From contig OZ024746.1 in NCBI GenBank assembly GCA_964016885.1, forward strand, positions 35,216,001 to 35,280,000: a stretch of DNA of 64,000 nt, in the 5' to 3' direction. Shown piece after piece: positions 1-11,639 of the stretch. Under the pieces are notes generated by a model. It made no database searches. It was not told the origin of the DNA and saw only the letters and a list, made by a program, of their open reading frames with translations. The position numbers and the translations under genes were made by a program. How positions within the stretch are numbered: the stretch's first letter is position 1; every line of letters begins with the position of its first letter. Source of the DNA: Eledone cirrhosa. Lineage: Eukaryota.

Positions 1-343
1 GAGTAGCAATATAATGGGCAAGTTGATACAGAGCTTAAGGAGGCAAGATATATATATACATACACATATATACATACATATAAAGAGAAAACATGCTGAC
101 TATAATTATAGCAGGAGGCAGGTAAAGTCCTGTTGTAGTAGTATTTTGAAATGTTCTTGGATTTAGGATCAAGTGCTGACAGCAGCTGAGAAGAGATATG
201 CTTATGGGTTGATGAGGTACTTACAGATATTATTGTGGTATAGAACTAAGAAGGCTAGAATGTACTTAGTGATTATATTTCTGTGGTGGTTCGGGCAGTG
301 TAGTTGATATCCTAAGTTGAAAGCTAGGTTACGTCGGTTCGAT

Positions 344-2747
344 TCACGGAGGTTTAAATATTATGAATTTAGTGGCGATCCTGTGTCTGCAGAAGATAGA
401 TCTTTCTAACTTGTTGTTATGTAGCCTTTTTACATTTCTAAGGATATTCAGTAATTCTAGATCACATAGCCTACAGTGGGACATACCGGTACTGTAGATC
501 TTTGCGGCTGACAACCTCGACCAGTTGATACTGTAGTTAGTGTTGTTGTCCTTAAGTTCCCAGATTTTTTTGGCGAGGGTTGTAGAACCCATAAGTGCAC
601 GATTTTTCATCGAGTGTCTGTGCACATACCATCTTTTTTTAAAAGTACCCGCGGTGGATCCAATGTAATGCCAAATGGAGTTGACTGAGTTGACCGTACA
701 CATGTACACTAGGCTCGAATCGAGGCATCTATTCGCCAATGGGCACCTATCCGGTAGGTGACAGTTACAGTTTGAGGTGTTATTTCGTGCAGCTTCTACA
801 CTGCTGTTTTGTACACTGCTATAAGTGGGTTGTGATTCATGCCCGTTGGGGTTTTGCTGCTGCGTGCTTGTATGCGCTTGCGGTTGTGATACTGTGAAGT
901 GTTTATGCTTATAATTTGGTGCTATGTGGCGCATAGGTGGGGCGGATTCCCTAGAGATATTTCTGTGGTTGATCTTGCGTATGTGCGATTCTATATTTGC
1001 TGCCGTAGAGTATGAGAGTTTTATAGTGTTTCTATTGAGTATTTTATGATATCTATGTGAAATAGGGAAGTGTTTATCTATTAGTTTAAAGAATATAGAA
1101 GGCAGTCTGGTTTTTACAGAGGAGTTGAAGATTGGGTTGAACCATAGTTATTTTCTTTCTCTGATTCTTCTATTGTTTCTTGGGTTTACATTATTAGTGT
1201 TTGGACCGCTTGCTCTAGGTGCTACGTGCCTAATCCTATGTCTAGTCCTGTTACCTCTATTTCTGTGTGAGCGGTTGGTGTAGATGCTATTAGGTTTGTT
1301 TAAGTTGTCTTTATTCGCTATATACTGCAGTTTATCTTTATGTCCAGCCCTATGTAATGCTGCGTTATAATAGTTAGCATGTTCATTTAAAATGTCTAGA
1401 TTTGATGATAAGCGGGATATTCTAAGGGATATACTACGTTCTATGGATCTGATTATGGATTTGGGGTGGTTGAGTTATAACTAATGTAGGCCAGATTTTC
1501 ATTATGTTTGTGGAAAGGTTATATTAATCCCGTATTTAGATTTAGAGTCACATCTAGAAAGTTTACCTTCTTATGGTTCAGTTCGTAGGTATTACTTAGG
1601 CCTAGTTTTTTTAAGAATGTTCTAATGTTTTTTCTTAATCTTTCCATGCTCTGGTTGTTTAAGTTCTTAGCTATAAGGAGAGTGTCGTCTCTATAAATCC
1701 CTCCTTGGAGGTTACTGAATTCCTTATGTAGGTTGTGTGCTATGAATAGCCCCACGATGTCAGTGATTTGCTTAGAGTCATTTAATCCCATTGTTATATC
1801 CAAGCTGCTTATCCTATCTTTTCTTACCCAGTAGCTATTTTCAAATTTTATGATAGTCCTTCTAGCCGCTATTATTATTTCAATTTCCTCAGAGGTAAGA
1901 TCGGAGTTATTTTGGGCAAATATAAGCGCTTTATCTAGTGTGGCTGGGGATATGGATGCATAGTAGTCGTCTATATCAAATTGTATGAAGTTACATGTCT
2001 CCCTATTTCGTATTTTATTGAACCATTCAATCGCCTCGTTAGTGTTACCCCATAAATTGATTTTTAGTTTACCCTTTATTTGTGCGATTACCCTATCTAG
2101 AATGTTTTTGCTAAGTTTACCTATATCTGACTTAGATGGGCATATTAATCTAATAGTAGGGCTTGTTTCAAAATTATTTTTGTGATCATTCAGGTTAAAT
2201 GTGGGGTTGCATGGGGTGAGAGGCTCGGTCCTATCAGGTATTCCGAGTTTATTTACTATCCTGAGGGCCTCCACGTTAATTCTGGTGAGTGTGGATTTAT
2301 TTGTTTTTGTTTGTATTTTTTATGTAGCTCACGCTGGATAGAATTATTGTATGTGTGAAGGTCCATAGAGTATACGTTTGATGTTTTGTCTGCTTTTACT
2401 ATGATACCGTTAGTGTATTTTAGTTTTTTTAATAGTGTCTTGATGTCATTTTGCAATTTGTTGTGATGTGTTCTTTGTTTGAATTTAGTTCCACTTATCA
2501 TATTCATAAGATCCAGCTCGAAGGCATCGCGTGTGGGGTTGTTTGGAGGGTTTTTGCAGGATTTAAATCCGTAATTCTCTTTAGAAAATTCTCTTGTGTT
2601 AGTATTTGGTCCTTTGTCGAAATGGTAAGACTTCCATCGGACCCTAAGGATGAAATTATTAGTCCGTTGTATCATACCCAGTGTATAGTCCTTATTTGTA
2701 GGTATAGGTATGTTTTTCAGTGACATTCCTATACGGTGCTTTTCCAT
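344..2747 (-). pseudogene. Disrupted PLE polyprotein: reverse transcriptase + GIY-YIG endonuclease
   Basis: Motifs in order: N-terminal KNIPIP...RVRWK; KADKTSN; FIQFDIDDYYASI; ITMG; GIYRDD; VNFLDVTLNL; NHP...LRISRLSSN; WFNP; IKLSYS; CNC..CPL..CL; VYMC/YIGST (GIY-YIG); CRLC..E..IL; FCRH. Frameshifts or stops near 2270, 1520 (TAA), ~1472 and ~1150. Confidence 0.9.
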
Positions 2748-3019
2748 GTTGTTGCTGTGCGTTAATGGTTTTGCTCAACCAGGTGGGAGCTAAGTATACG
2801 GGGTAACAAATTATTGTTATAGGTAGTCCACTTATGTGTAGTCCAGTTATGGTAGTCCGGGTAGTGGATGATATGAACGCTTGGCTAAGTTTGACTCAAC
2901 AAGGCGTTTCCATAGTGATGCTGCGAGTACGCTGTAATTCCTATGTTGTAAATACTTGGAATAATAATAAATCAGGAAAGAAGAGTGACACAGTTTGCTA
3001 TACACAAAAGGTTTTTAAT

Positions 3020-3138
3020 CTCATTGCTGATAATTGTTTCTCTGAACTGGTAGGTCTTGAGATCGCTACCCGCTTATTTTCATGTTACTCGATCACCAAT
3101 ACAAAGTTATAACCAGTCAATTCATCGGTGCTTGTGAG
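3020..3138 (-). ncRNA. Degenerate hammerhead-like motif with extended stem II in the PLE upstream region
   Basis: Minus strand: gca-CCGAUGA-...ugacuggu...accaguuca..-GAAA-caauua-UC-agc. Core has U4->C and stem I is imperfect. Same orientation as the PLE ORF. Confidence 0.4.
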
Positions 3139-3545
3139 AATGAAAAGAATATACAGGCATGGCTACTATATATATAGTAGTAATGGCATTCAATCAGTAC
3201 AATAACAACAATACTAACAATGCTAGCAATAAATTATTTGAAATAATCACATTAATCTAGGTGGGAAGTATAGTATATCTACGATTTTAGCGTGTAACAC
3301 TAGCTGACATGAGGCAGATGTATAAAATTGACATGTAAAAGCTGTCGTGGGGTGTCTAGTGTAAAGATAAGCCGGTGTCTTTAAACAATGCAGGTCAGGT
3401 GGCCGTAACAGTCGGTTATTATCTGACAGATGAAGAGTTTATCACTGTAGTGAGATTTGTGTAGTCTATATTAGATGAAAGGTTTGTCTAGCTTTCTCAT
3501 CATCAATAACATACATGTATAAGACAACAATAATTTGTTACCCCG

Positions 3546-3642
<97 letters not shown>

Positions 3643-3913
3643 TTATTTATTAAAATAACAGATTAAAGTTTAATCAAAGAATCGCTGCTTTCATCCTTAA
3701 CGGGATCTTCGTTTTATATATTTTTATATATATATATATATATATTATACATATGTATATATATATATAATGTGAAGACGAAAATCCGATGAGGGCTCGA
3801 TATTGATAATATATATATATAAAAATTTATAAAACAAAGATCCGTTAAGGGTGACAGCAGCAATTATTTGCTTAAACTTTAATCGGTATGGAGAACTAAC
3901 TGCTGTGTAACCA

Positions 3914-3993
<80 letters not shown>

Positions 3994-4007
3994 CATACAT
4001 ACATACA

Positions 4008-4068
<61 letters not shown>

Positions 4069-4151
4069 AATGAATAATAACAGGTAGACATCATAAAAAG
4101 GTAATTTATTCCGTGTGCTTACAAGTGTTTCCACGGTGGTACTGCATATAC

Positions 4152-4243
<92 letters not shown>
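3546..4243. repeat. (TA)n/(TACA)n microsatellite cluster with short interspersed islands
   Basis: TA runs at about 3546-3637, 3917-4064 and 4155-4243. Confidence 0.95.
3651..3884. repeat. Diverged inverted pair of a short repeat (3651-3718 vs 3828-3884); further fragment at 48551-48597
   Basis: gattaaagtttaatcaaagaatcgctgctttcatccttaacgggatc is the approximate reverse complement of gatccgttaagggtgacagcagcaattatttgcttaaactttaatc. taaaataacagattaaag...gaatcgctgctttca recurs at 48551. Confidence 0.75.
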
Positions 4244-4244
<1 letters not shown>

Positions 4245-4248
<4 letters not shown>

Positions 4249-5003
4249 TGCGTGTGATTTAATATATACATATATATCCGCGTGCCTTTATATATATATA
4301 TATGGTGGCTGCCAACTCGTTTTCGAGTACGGCCACTACTTTATATCCATGTAGGAGAACCCCTACCGATGCGCTGAACGAGTGTGACTTTTTAGTCCAG
4401 CCAGCGACTTGAAAACTCTGGTACAAACACTACACTTGTGACAATTATTGACACATAGTGCTGGGCCCATAGTACCATGTGACGGCAAGTGCAGAGAGAT
4501 CTCCAGATATAAAGCAATGCCTGTGCCGTGAAGCTTTTATAGTGAGCAAAGGCACTGCACAAAGCCAGTCCCACTCTCTTAACCAAGATGATATTTACCA
4601 AAAAGAAGAACAAGTCAACATCATTGGATACCATCAGGGTTGCAGGTGTTATATCAGAGTTTTCCTTCTCCTAGAATTCTGCCTTGACAAAGGCTAAGGG
4701 GTCATCTCTCCCAGTGATTTTGGATGGCCATTGACTCTTAAGAGCTCCTTTGCCCTTTGACAGGTTTTGTTTTTAGTCCTGCAGGATGTCCAAAGTCACC
4801 CTTCTCACCAAGAAACCTTGGTGGGGTTGCCAGTTTAGTCGCCAACGACCCGACCATGAGACAGGTTGTACTGGGATACATGTTACCAGTAGCACCTACA
4901 TACATACATATATGTATATATATCTATATATAATTTTTATATATATATATATATATATAAACGCACGCGGATATATATGTATATATTAAATCACACGCAC
5001 AAA
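4245..5003. repeat. 46-bp inverted repeats (4245-4290 / 4958-5003) enclosing TA tracts and a ~600 bp insert
   Basis: tttgtgcgtgtgatttaatatatacatatatatccgcgtgccttta matches the reverse complement of 4958-5003 with one mismatch. Confidence 0.9.
4300..4898 (-). mobile_element. Probable RTE-clade LINE 5'-UTR fragment
   Basis: Minus strand contains ctaggagaaggaaaactctga and ggcgactaaactggcaacccc, which resemble RTE 5' leaders. Recognised from memory, not from an alignment. Confidence 0.35.
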
Positions 5004-5009
5004 CTAAGA

Positions 5010-5124
5010 TGGCGCGTGGCTGAGTGGCTAGAGAATTGTGTTCGCAATCATGTGCTTGTGATTTCGATTCACAGAACTGGGCGATTTGTTTTGTCTTTGA
5101 GTAAAACATTTTATTTCACGTTGT
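5010..5124 (+). mobile_element. tRNA-head SINE fragment (second family)
   Basis: A-box-like tggctgagtggctaga, degenerate B box (ttcgattc), then a gtctttgagtaaaacattttatttcac CORE-like segment. Confidence 0.6.
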
Positions 5125-5769
5125 TCCTTCTACTTGGGATTATTTTGAAATTGTAAATTCCGTAGAAAATAAAAGTACTGAGTAAATGAATCGGTACTAT
5201 TTCCCTAAACATCTTTTCACTCACACATGAAAATATAGTCTATTCTATTAAGATAGTTATCCATCTGAAAATAATAAGAGAAGTTATTATATGCGTAAGT
5301 ACACATTTATGGAAATTTGATGCGTACAATACAAATCTAGTCATCAAAATATACGTTCTTCTGTATATATATTATTTTAGTGAAAAATATATAAATAAAT
5401 GCCAGCTTAGCAGGATAAATCTATTGCTGAACTTGAATTCTCTCAACAGATGATGACCACATCTGGGACAATAAAAATTCCTCTCGACTTTTTAAAGGTT
5501 ATATGGTAAATGGTTGTGCAAAGGAAAACCGAATGAGCGAGATATTTTTATTTCTTTCATTGACTTTTCTTTACAAACTATACGACAAGCAGGTGAACAC
5601 ACAAAATAAACACTGCAACTCCAATCAAGATAATATAACCTACATCAGTCAAAGTTCAACTATATTTCACACCCAATTCACACTAAATTTACTGCGGGTT
5701 ATATGGTTAATCTAGTTGAGTTTGTTTCTTTACGAATCAATGTTTCTTTAAAGTATGCATATATATATA

Positions 5770-6814
5770 CTAGCATTAAAGCCCAGCGTTGCTCGGGGTC
5801 AGTAAGTTACCAAAGTTAGGTTGCACCACCCATTTTATGGCAGCACTTTTTTGTCTGCCAGGCACTGGGTGAATGAATTGCAAACCTGGACTGCCGAAGC
5901 AGGAGCTGTGCCAGCAGTGACAATTGTAGTTTCGCCTATGGATATTATCTCTGTGCAAAGAAGTATTGAAATTTATTGTTTCACAGTACTTGCGCAACAC
6001 GAGCGTAGACGATGCCAGCCGAACAACAGAGCTGCGATGGAGTTGTTCTGCATGGTTGTCTAATGTGTGTTTTCTAAATTTAAGACAGTAGGGAGGTGTG
6101 TGAGATGGGTGAGAGTTAGCTGCTGTTTCTATCAGGTTTAGTGACCTCATAGAGGATATCAGTTTTCTAAATTTAAGACAGTAGGGAGTGGTGTGATATG
6201 AGGGAGAGTTAGCTGCTGTTAGTAGGGAGTGGTGTGATATGGGGGAGAGTTAGCTGCTGTTTCTAGCAGGTTTAGTGACCTCATAGAGTATATTATTGTT
6301 TCTAGTAAATAAACTGATACTTCTTTCTTCCCCGTTCGTTGAGAGGTTTTAAAAAAGATTTATCGCTATTTTTTGTTGTTGTTGAATAAATTTATCTGTT
6401 GCTTTTGAATAATTGTTGTTTCGTATGAAATGTAATAAGTTCTCTTCCTCATTGAAGTAAATACATGTTTGACCGTTCCACACTCAAAAACAAACGTTCT
6501 CTCTCTCTCCCCTCTCTCTCTCTTCGGCGTTACTAAAGGAAGTTTGTAAGCATGTATGTAGTTTTATTGAATTTTAAGGGAAGTAGAGAGAGGTTATCAG
6601 ATTCTATTAGAGGGTTAAAGCGTCATGTATTTAGTTTTATCGAATATTTCCATAATTGTGGGTGAGTTTGAATGAAATAAATAGTCGTTGACCTACGTCA
6701 GAACATTTACAACATTCTTACAGACGTTGAGTCGAATCAATTTGAAATTGTGCAAATGTATAAACATGGAACATGCACACACACACACAACAATCTGCCT
6801 TTTATAGATAATGG
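5770..6814 (-). mobile_element. Non-autonomous Helitron, copy 1
   Basis: Minus-strand 3' end: cccgagcaacgctggg hairpin then ...CTAG|T. 5' end (c)cattatctataaaaggcag. Colinear with 20607-21617. Internal ~85-bp tandem repeats at ~6070-6290. Confidence 0.8.
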
Positions 6815-6853
<39 letters not shown>

Positions 6854-6866
6854 CCTTGTGTGTGTA

Positions 6867-6907
<41 letters not shown>

Positions 6908-7174
6908 TCTGGTAGATTTGTATGTTAAAGAATACAGATAATGATTTATTCAAATAATTGGAATTGTGAGTGCTGTAACGTTTTCCTATGTTAAGTTGTT
7001 GAATCCTTAATATTTCTTGCTTTCCTGCAAAGGTTTCTGCCTGGGACTGTTGTTTTGAGACAATTTAACGTAAATATTTGCTCTCGAATGTTCCATTGTT
7101 TATGTTGTAAGCAAAAACGTTTTATTTCCAATTTCAACCCGCCGTCCCCTCAATCTATCTTATTTCTCATTCTT

Positions 7175-7210
7175 TCTTTTGATGAAGAACTAGCGTCCGA
7201 AACGTTAAGA
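7175..7210 (+). ncRNA. Degenerate minimal type I hammerhead in a probable PLE 3'-end remnant (~6950-7295)
   Basis: ucuu-UUGAUGA-a-gaac uagc gucc-GAAA-CG-UU-aaga. C3->U plus one stem II mismatch. Confidence 0.5.
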
Positions 7211-7434
7211 CCCTCTTCCTGTTATATCAAGCGTTAACCTAATATATACCTTCCATATACTGTACCGATCGCGTTGTTATTTCTGCTTACCTTTTATATA
7301 TATATATATGGGTAGGTTGCGTATATTTCTCTTTGTGAATTAAATGTTTCGATCTTTTCCTTTTTCACAAATGTATGTTTATGTCCTGGTTATATTATAT
7401 GATTTGTTTATTTCCAAGCATAGTTAGATGTAAC

Positions 7435-7516
7435 ATCCTTACGGGGTCGATAAAATAAAGTACCAGTAATGCACTGGGTATTTGCTGGCCTTGTGCCTAA
7501 AATAGAAACAATTATT
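7435..7516 (+). mobile_element. 3' fragment of the major tRNA-derived SINE
   Basis: catccttacggggtcgataaaataaagtaccagtaatgcactggg...tagaaacaattatt matches the SINE tail at 40180-40262. Confidence 0.85.
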
Positions 7517-8167
7517 ACATGGTATCGCGACAAATGGAGTGCTGTCTTATAATCATACGAAATTGTATCCGATGGTCATGGGTTTTTCATCTACATAGTA
7601 ATTTTCTTCTTTCATGTGTATTCGTTTCTCTGTTTCTTTTAAAAAATATATGCAGTATTCTCGTTGTCTTCGTCTTCTTACACTCTATAAGAGTATTCAG
7701 CGGTATCTGAAAGATATGAGTTTCGATAACTCATGGCTGCTGCTGGCAACTTTTCGCTGTATATAAGGGGTTTTTACTCGATTTTCTACGCTAGTAGCAG
7801 CGGATATTATTTACAACAATTTTCCTGTGGCTAATCATGCTACCTTCTCTATGTATAATACCTCAAACGTTTGACCTTTGCATACGATGTTTGTTTATAT
7901 ATATAAATACATACATACACACACACATACACACACACATATATATATATACATTTTTAACTTAATTGTTTAAGCGTCAGTCATACAAAAGTGAGTTACA
8001 AACGAAACGAAATTTAATTTCGTTTCGTTATTTGTTTTTATCGTCTCCGCTGAACCGGTACGTACTCACGCTCTATGCAAATTAGTCTGCCCACTACTAA
8101 TTTTCATAGAAAAAGCATATAACGATATGTGCTTTTACGATTCTCTAGAAAGGCCGGAGGATAGGTA

Positions 8168-8212
8168 AATATTGCTGATGAGATGTAACAACATCGAAAC
8201 TAGTCCAATATT
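8168..8212 (+). ncRNA. Minimal type I hammerhead ribozyme, unit 1 (predicted cleavage after C8205)
   Basis: aauauug-CUGAUGA-gaugu aaca acauc-GAAA-cuag-UC-caauauu: 7-bp stem I, intact core, 5-bp stem II, palindromic stem III, GUC site. Confidence 0.9.
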
Positions 8213-8632
8213 CCTGTCTGGCTTTCTGGAGAATAGAGGAAAGGTGTTTCCTCGAAAACCAGTATGACTCTAAAAACCGGTTTGTCTGTGTGTTTACATA
8301 CAGAATAGCTGAACACTCACAGTAAAGTGTCCAGTGAAAAACTCGGTACATCTACATATGTACACGTGTGTGTATTCATATGCATACTAGTATTTCAGTA
8401 TACATATGTGGATGTACATTTTTAACTTAATTGTTTAAGCGTCAGTCATACAAAAGTGAGTTACAAACGAAACGAAATTTAATTTCGTTTCGTTATTTGT
8501 TTTTATCGTCTCCGCTGAACCGGTACGTACTCACGCTCTATGTAAATTAGTCTGCCCACTACTAATTTTCATAGAAAAAGCATATAACGATATGTGCTTT
8601 TACGATTCTCTAGAAAGGCCGGAGGATAGGTA

Positions 8633-8677
8633 ACTATTGCTGATGAGATGTAACAACATCGAAACTAGTCCAATATT
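8633..8677 (+). ncRNA. Minimal type I hammerhead ribozyme, unit 2 (predicted cleavage after C8670)
   Basis: Same as unit 1 except A->C at 8634 in outer stem I. Confidence 0.88.
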
Positions 8678-9097
8678 CCTGTCTGGCTTTCTGGAGAATA
8701 GAGGAAAGGTGTTTCCTCGAAAACCAGTATGACTCTAAAAACCGGTTTGTCTGTGTGTTTACATACAGAATAGCTGAACACTCACAGTAAAGTGTCCAGT
8801 GAAAAACTCGGTACATCTACATATGTACACGTGTGTGTATTCATATGCATACTAGTATTTCAGTATACATATGTGGATGTACATTTTTAACTTAATTGTT
8901 TAAGCGTCAGTCATACAAAAGTGAGTTACAAACGAAACGAAATTTAATTTCGTTTCGTTATTTGTTTTTATCGTCTCCGCTGAACCGGTACGTACTCACG
9001 CTCTATGCAAATTAGTCTGCCCACTACTAATTTTCATAGAAAAAGCATATAACGATATGTGCTTTTACGATTCTCTAGAAAGGCCGGAGGATAGGTA

Positions 9098-9142
9098 AAT
9101 ATTGCTGATGAGATGTAACAACATCGAAACTAGTCCAATATT
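9098..9142 (+). ncRNA. Minimal type I hammerhead ribozyme, unit 3 (predicted cleavage after C9135)
   Basis: Identical to the unit 1 motif. Confidence 0.9.
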
Positions 9143-9685
9143 CCTGTCTGGCTTTCTGGAGAATAGAGGAAAGGTGTTTCCTCGAAAACCAGTATGACTC
9201 TAAAACCCGGTTTGTCTGTGTGTTTACATACAGAATAGCTGAACACTCACAGTAAAGTGTCAAGTGAAAAACTCGGTACATCTACATATGTACACGTGTG
9301 TGTATTCATATGCATACTAGTATTTCAGTATACATATGTGGATGTACATTTTTAACTTAATTGTTTAAGCGTCAGTCATACAAAAGTGAGTTACAAACGA
9401 AACGAAATTTAATTTCGTTTCGTTATTTGTTTTTATATATATATATATATATATATTGGTAAACGGAATAGAAAATGCTGACAAATTGTTCACTGTGAAA
9501 AATAGTTTAATTAGGAATAAGTGAGAATTAGTAATTGTATTGTTCAGTATTCAGTTTTGGTTTTAAGTTTTACCGGTTGCGCATTTCTAATGCTTTTCAA
9601 AATTAATTTTGAGATAGAGCGTCCGTGATGTTTGCTCTGATCTCTGATATATATTATTATTAATATATATATATATAGTTATTAT

Positions 9686-9716
<31 letters not shown>

Positions 9717-9759
9717 AGTAAGATTTCTTTCTGTCACGAAATACTATGTGTTTTACATC

Positions 9760-9923
9760 TAAAAAGTTCCCCTCCGAGGTGCAAGCCCGAGCAAGGGGAT
9801 TTTTTGGAAGAGTAGCATTGGCCTATACATAACAATCTCCCTTCCCCACCCTACTGATGTTGACCAAGGTAAAGGCAAAGCCGATAGAGTTTGGCACCAG
9901 TTCCGTCTGAACTTATTTCTACA
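9760..9923. mobile_element. Old interspersed repeat fragment, possibly an RTE-related leader
   Basis: gatgttgaccaaggtaaaggcaaagccgatagagtttggcaccag resembles RTE-associated repeats. Recognition only. Confidence 0.3.
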
Positions 9924-10738
9924 TGCGTCACAGATATATATCACATTAAATAACACACTTTACACACGGTACAACAGATACCAAGCTGGAGATCAAACCG
10001 ATTTTATTGATCCCCGCTATTCCTAATGGGATGAGCTCAGCAATAATATTGGTTAGACATATTTCTCCTTTTTTTTTATTTCTGACTGCACCACCCACTT
10101 CTATCTTTATTGTTCTTTTTATTTTTGGATTAGTCCATTAATTCAATTGGTGGGTGTTGATGGTATTGCGGATTGATCGCATTTCAATAGCATGATCATA
10201 GGAGTGGTTTATATAATTCGCAGTTATATGTTCCTTGTATCTGATTTTGTTTTTCCTTGTTTAAATATTTTGCTTGATATTGTCTTTCACTTTTGTTCGT
10301 CTTTCCTACTGTACTTTCATAATTAGTTGGCTTGCACTAATTAATAGACAATAATTAAATTTAATGCGCATTTTTGAGTGATTATTCTAGCAAATATAAT
10401 TATTTTATCTGTTTTATTATTTCCGTTTTCTGTTATGATTGTTTCCCTTTCATATCCTTCTACGATCAATGCATTCATACAATATATATAAAGACTCACA
10501 GGCATTTACCCGAACATAATCACACGCAGAAACACACACAACCTTATTCGCACATTTGCACACACAATTTTATTTATAGCTATCATATAGAATATGCTTG
10601 CCGAGCTTAAAAGGATAACGATATAGTTATCTACACACAAAATTAAGAATATATGTGTGTGTGTGTATATTTTATATGTATATTGATATCTGTGCATGTA
10701 TCTATGTATGTATGTATAAATATATAAATGTGTGTGTG

Positions 10739-10823
<85 letters not shown>

Positions 10824-11237
10824 GCACAAAGTTCAAAGGGGATTCAATAAAAGTTATTTATATATAAAAGCATATATAACTGCAGAGAAAATATCTATTA
10901 TTTGAACAGTTTATGATTTTAAGCACATAATCTCTGCTTTCACTCTTTCAAGTTATCCTCTGAAACAGAGATATTCTAAATTCTGTAGGCGCAGATATAA
11001 ATATTTCAAAACATTTCAGGCAAATATCATATCATATGCAAAATTCAGAAAACCATAACCGGTGAAACAGAGAAGGTAAAGAACGTCGTATGGAAGCCCA
11101 AAAATAAACTATACGTAATACAGATTAGCGATTTACACAAATAACATTACAAATACAGGAAAAAGCGTTTAGATTCATTCTCTCTTATATACACATATAT
11201 ACACCAGGTCCAAACAAAAAAGAACAAACTGCCACTG

Positions 11238-11515
11238 TCACTGATTCCGAATCTCCCGCTCTCCACATCTCTCAATATTGTGAGCAAATGGAGGCCCACG
11301 TTCTGGCCTCCCCGCAAACAGAATAGTGAAGGGGTTTTCCCGGAGGATGGTTAGAGAGAAGCGCTGGAAGAGCCATTCCAGCTCGCGCGACTCACACCTG
11401 TGGGTAGCCAACTCTGGGCCGATGGTGGTGAGCAGGAAGGTGGCCCTATAGCCAAGGCCACCAGACGTCTCCACAGCCACGGGCTTGACAGCAAACCTGT
11501 CGGAGAGTGACCGAT
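11238..11515 (-). mobile_element. C-terminal restriction-like endonuclease fragment of a CRE/NeSL-type non-LTR element
   Basis: RSLSDRFAVKPVAVETSGGLG..A..LL..IG..LA....SRELEWLFQRFSLTILRENPFTIL matches the P.AVET.G..G / QR.S..I.RGN RLE tail pattern. Confidence 0.7.
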
Positions 11516-11639
11516 GTAATTATTTGTCGATGTGGAATAAAATGTGTGAGTGTTAGTTCGGTTCCCATCGTCAGAAGAAATAGTGCGTAAGTACATCTAA
11601 TATTGTTGGACTTAAGTTCATAATGTCATGGATCCGATT

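Larger units (their letters stand above)
1..3549 (-). mobile_element. Penelope-like retroelement (Naiad-type, RT + C-terminal GIY-YIG), decayed; 3' end probably runs off the window
   Basis: Interrupted ORF 2747->344 (next feature), an upstream non-coding region with a degenerate hammerhead-like motif (3020-3138), a 24-bp inverted repeat (2795-2818 / 3526-3549), and a junction into (TA)n at 3549. Outer boundaries are approximate. Confidence 0.85.
7951..9434 (+). mobile_element. Tandem array of 465-bp units (3.2 copies) with one hammerhead per full unit; retrozyme-like / non-autonomous PLE-type element
   Basis: Unit starts (acatttttaacttaattg) at 7951, 8416, 8881 and 9346. About 4 single-base differences seen between units. 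Flanked by (CA)/(TA)n. Confidence 0.85.

Noticed and set aside
344-2747. Possible selenoprotein-type Naiad (UGA recoding + SECIS)
   Set aside because: The conserved Cys positions are ordinary Cys codons, and the internal stops seen are TAA or frameshifts, which indicates decay.
8145-9281. Repeated 60-68 aa minus-strand ORF in the 465-bp array
   Set aside because: It repeats only because the DNA repeats, is antisense to the ribozyme, is truncated in unit 2, and has no recognisable domain.
7951-9434. CRISPR array
   Set aside because: Whole units are near-identical with no unique spacers, there are no cas genes, and the context is eukaryotic.
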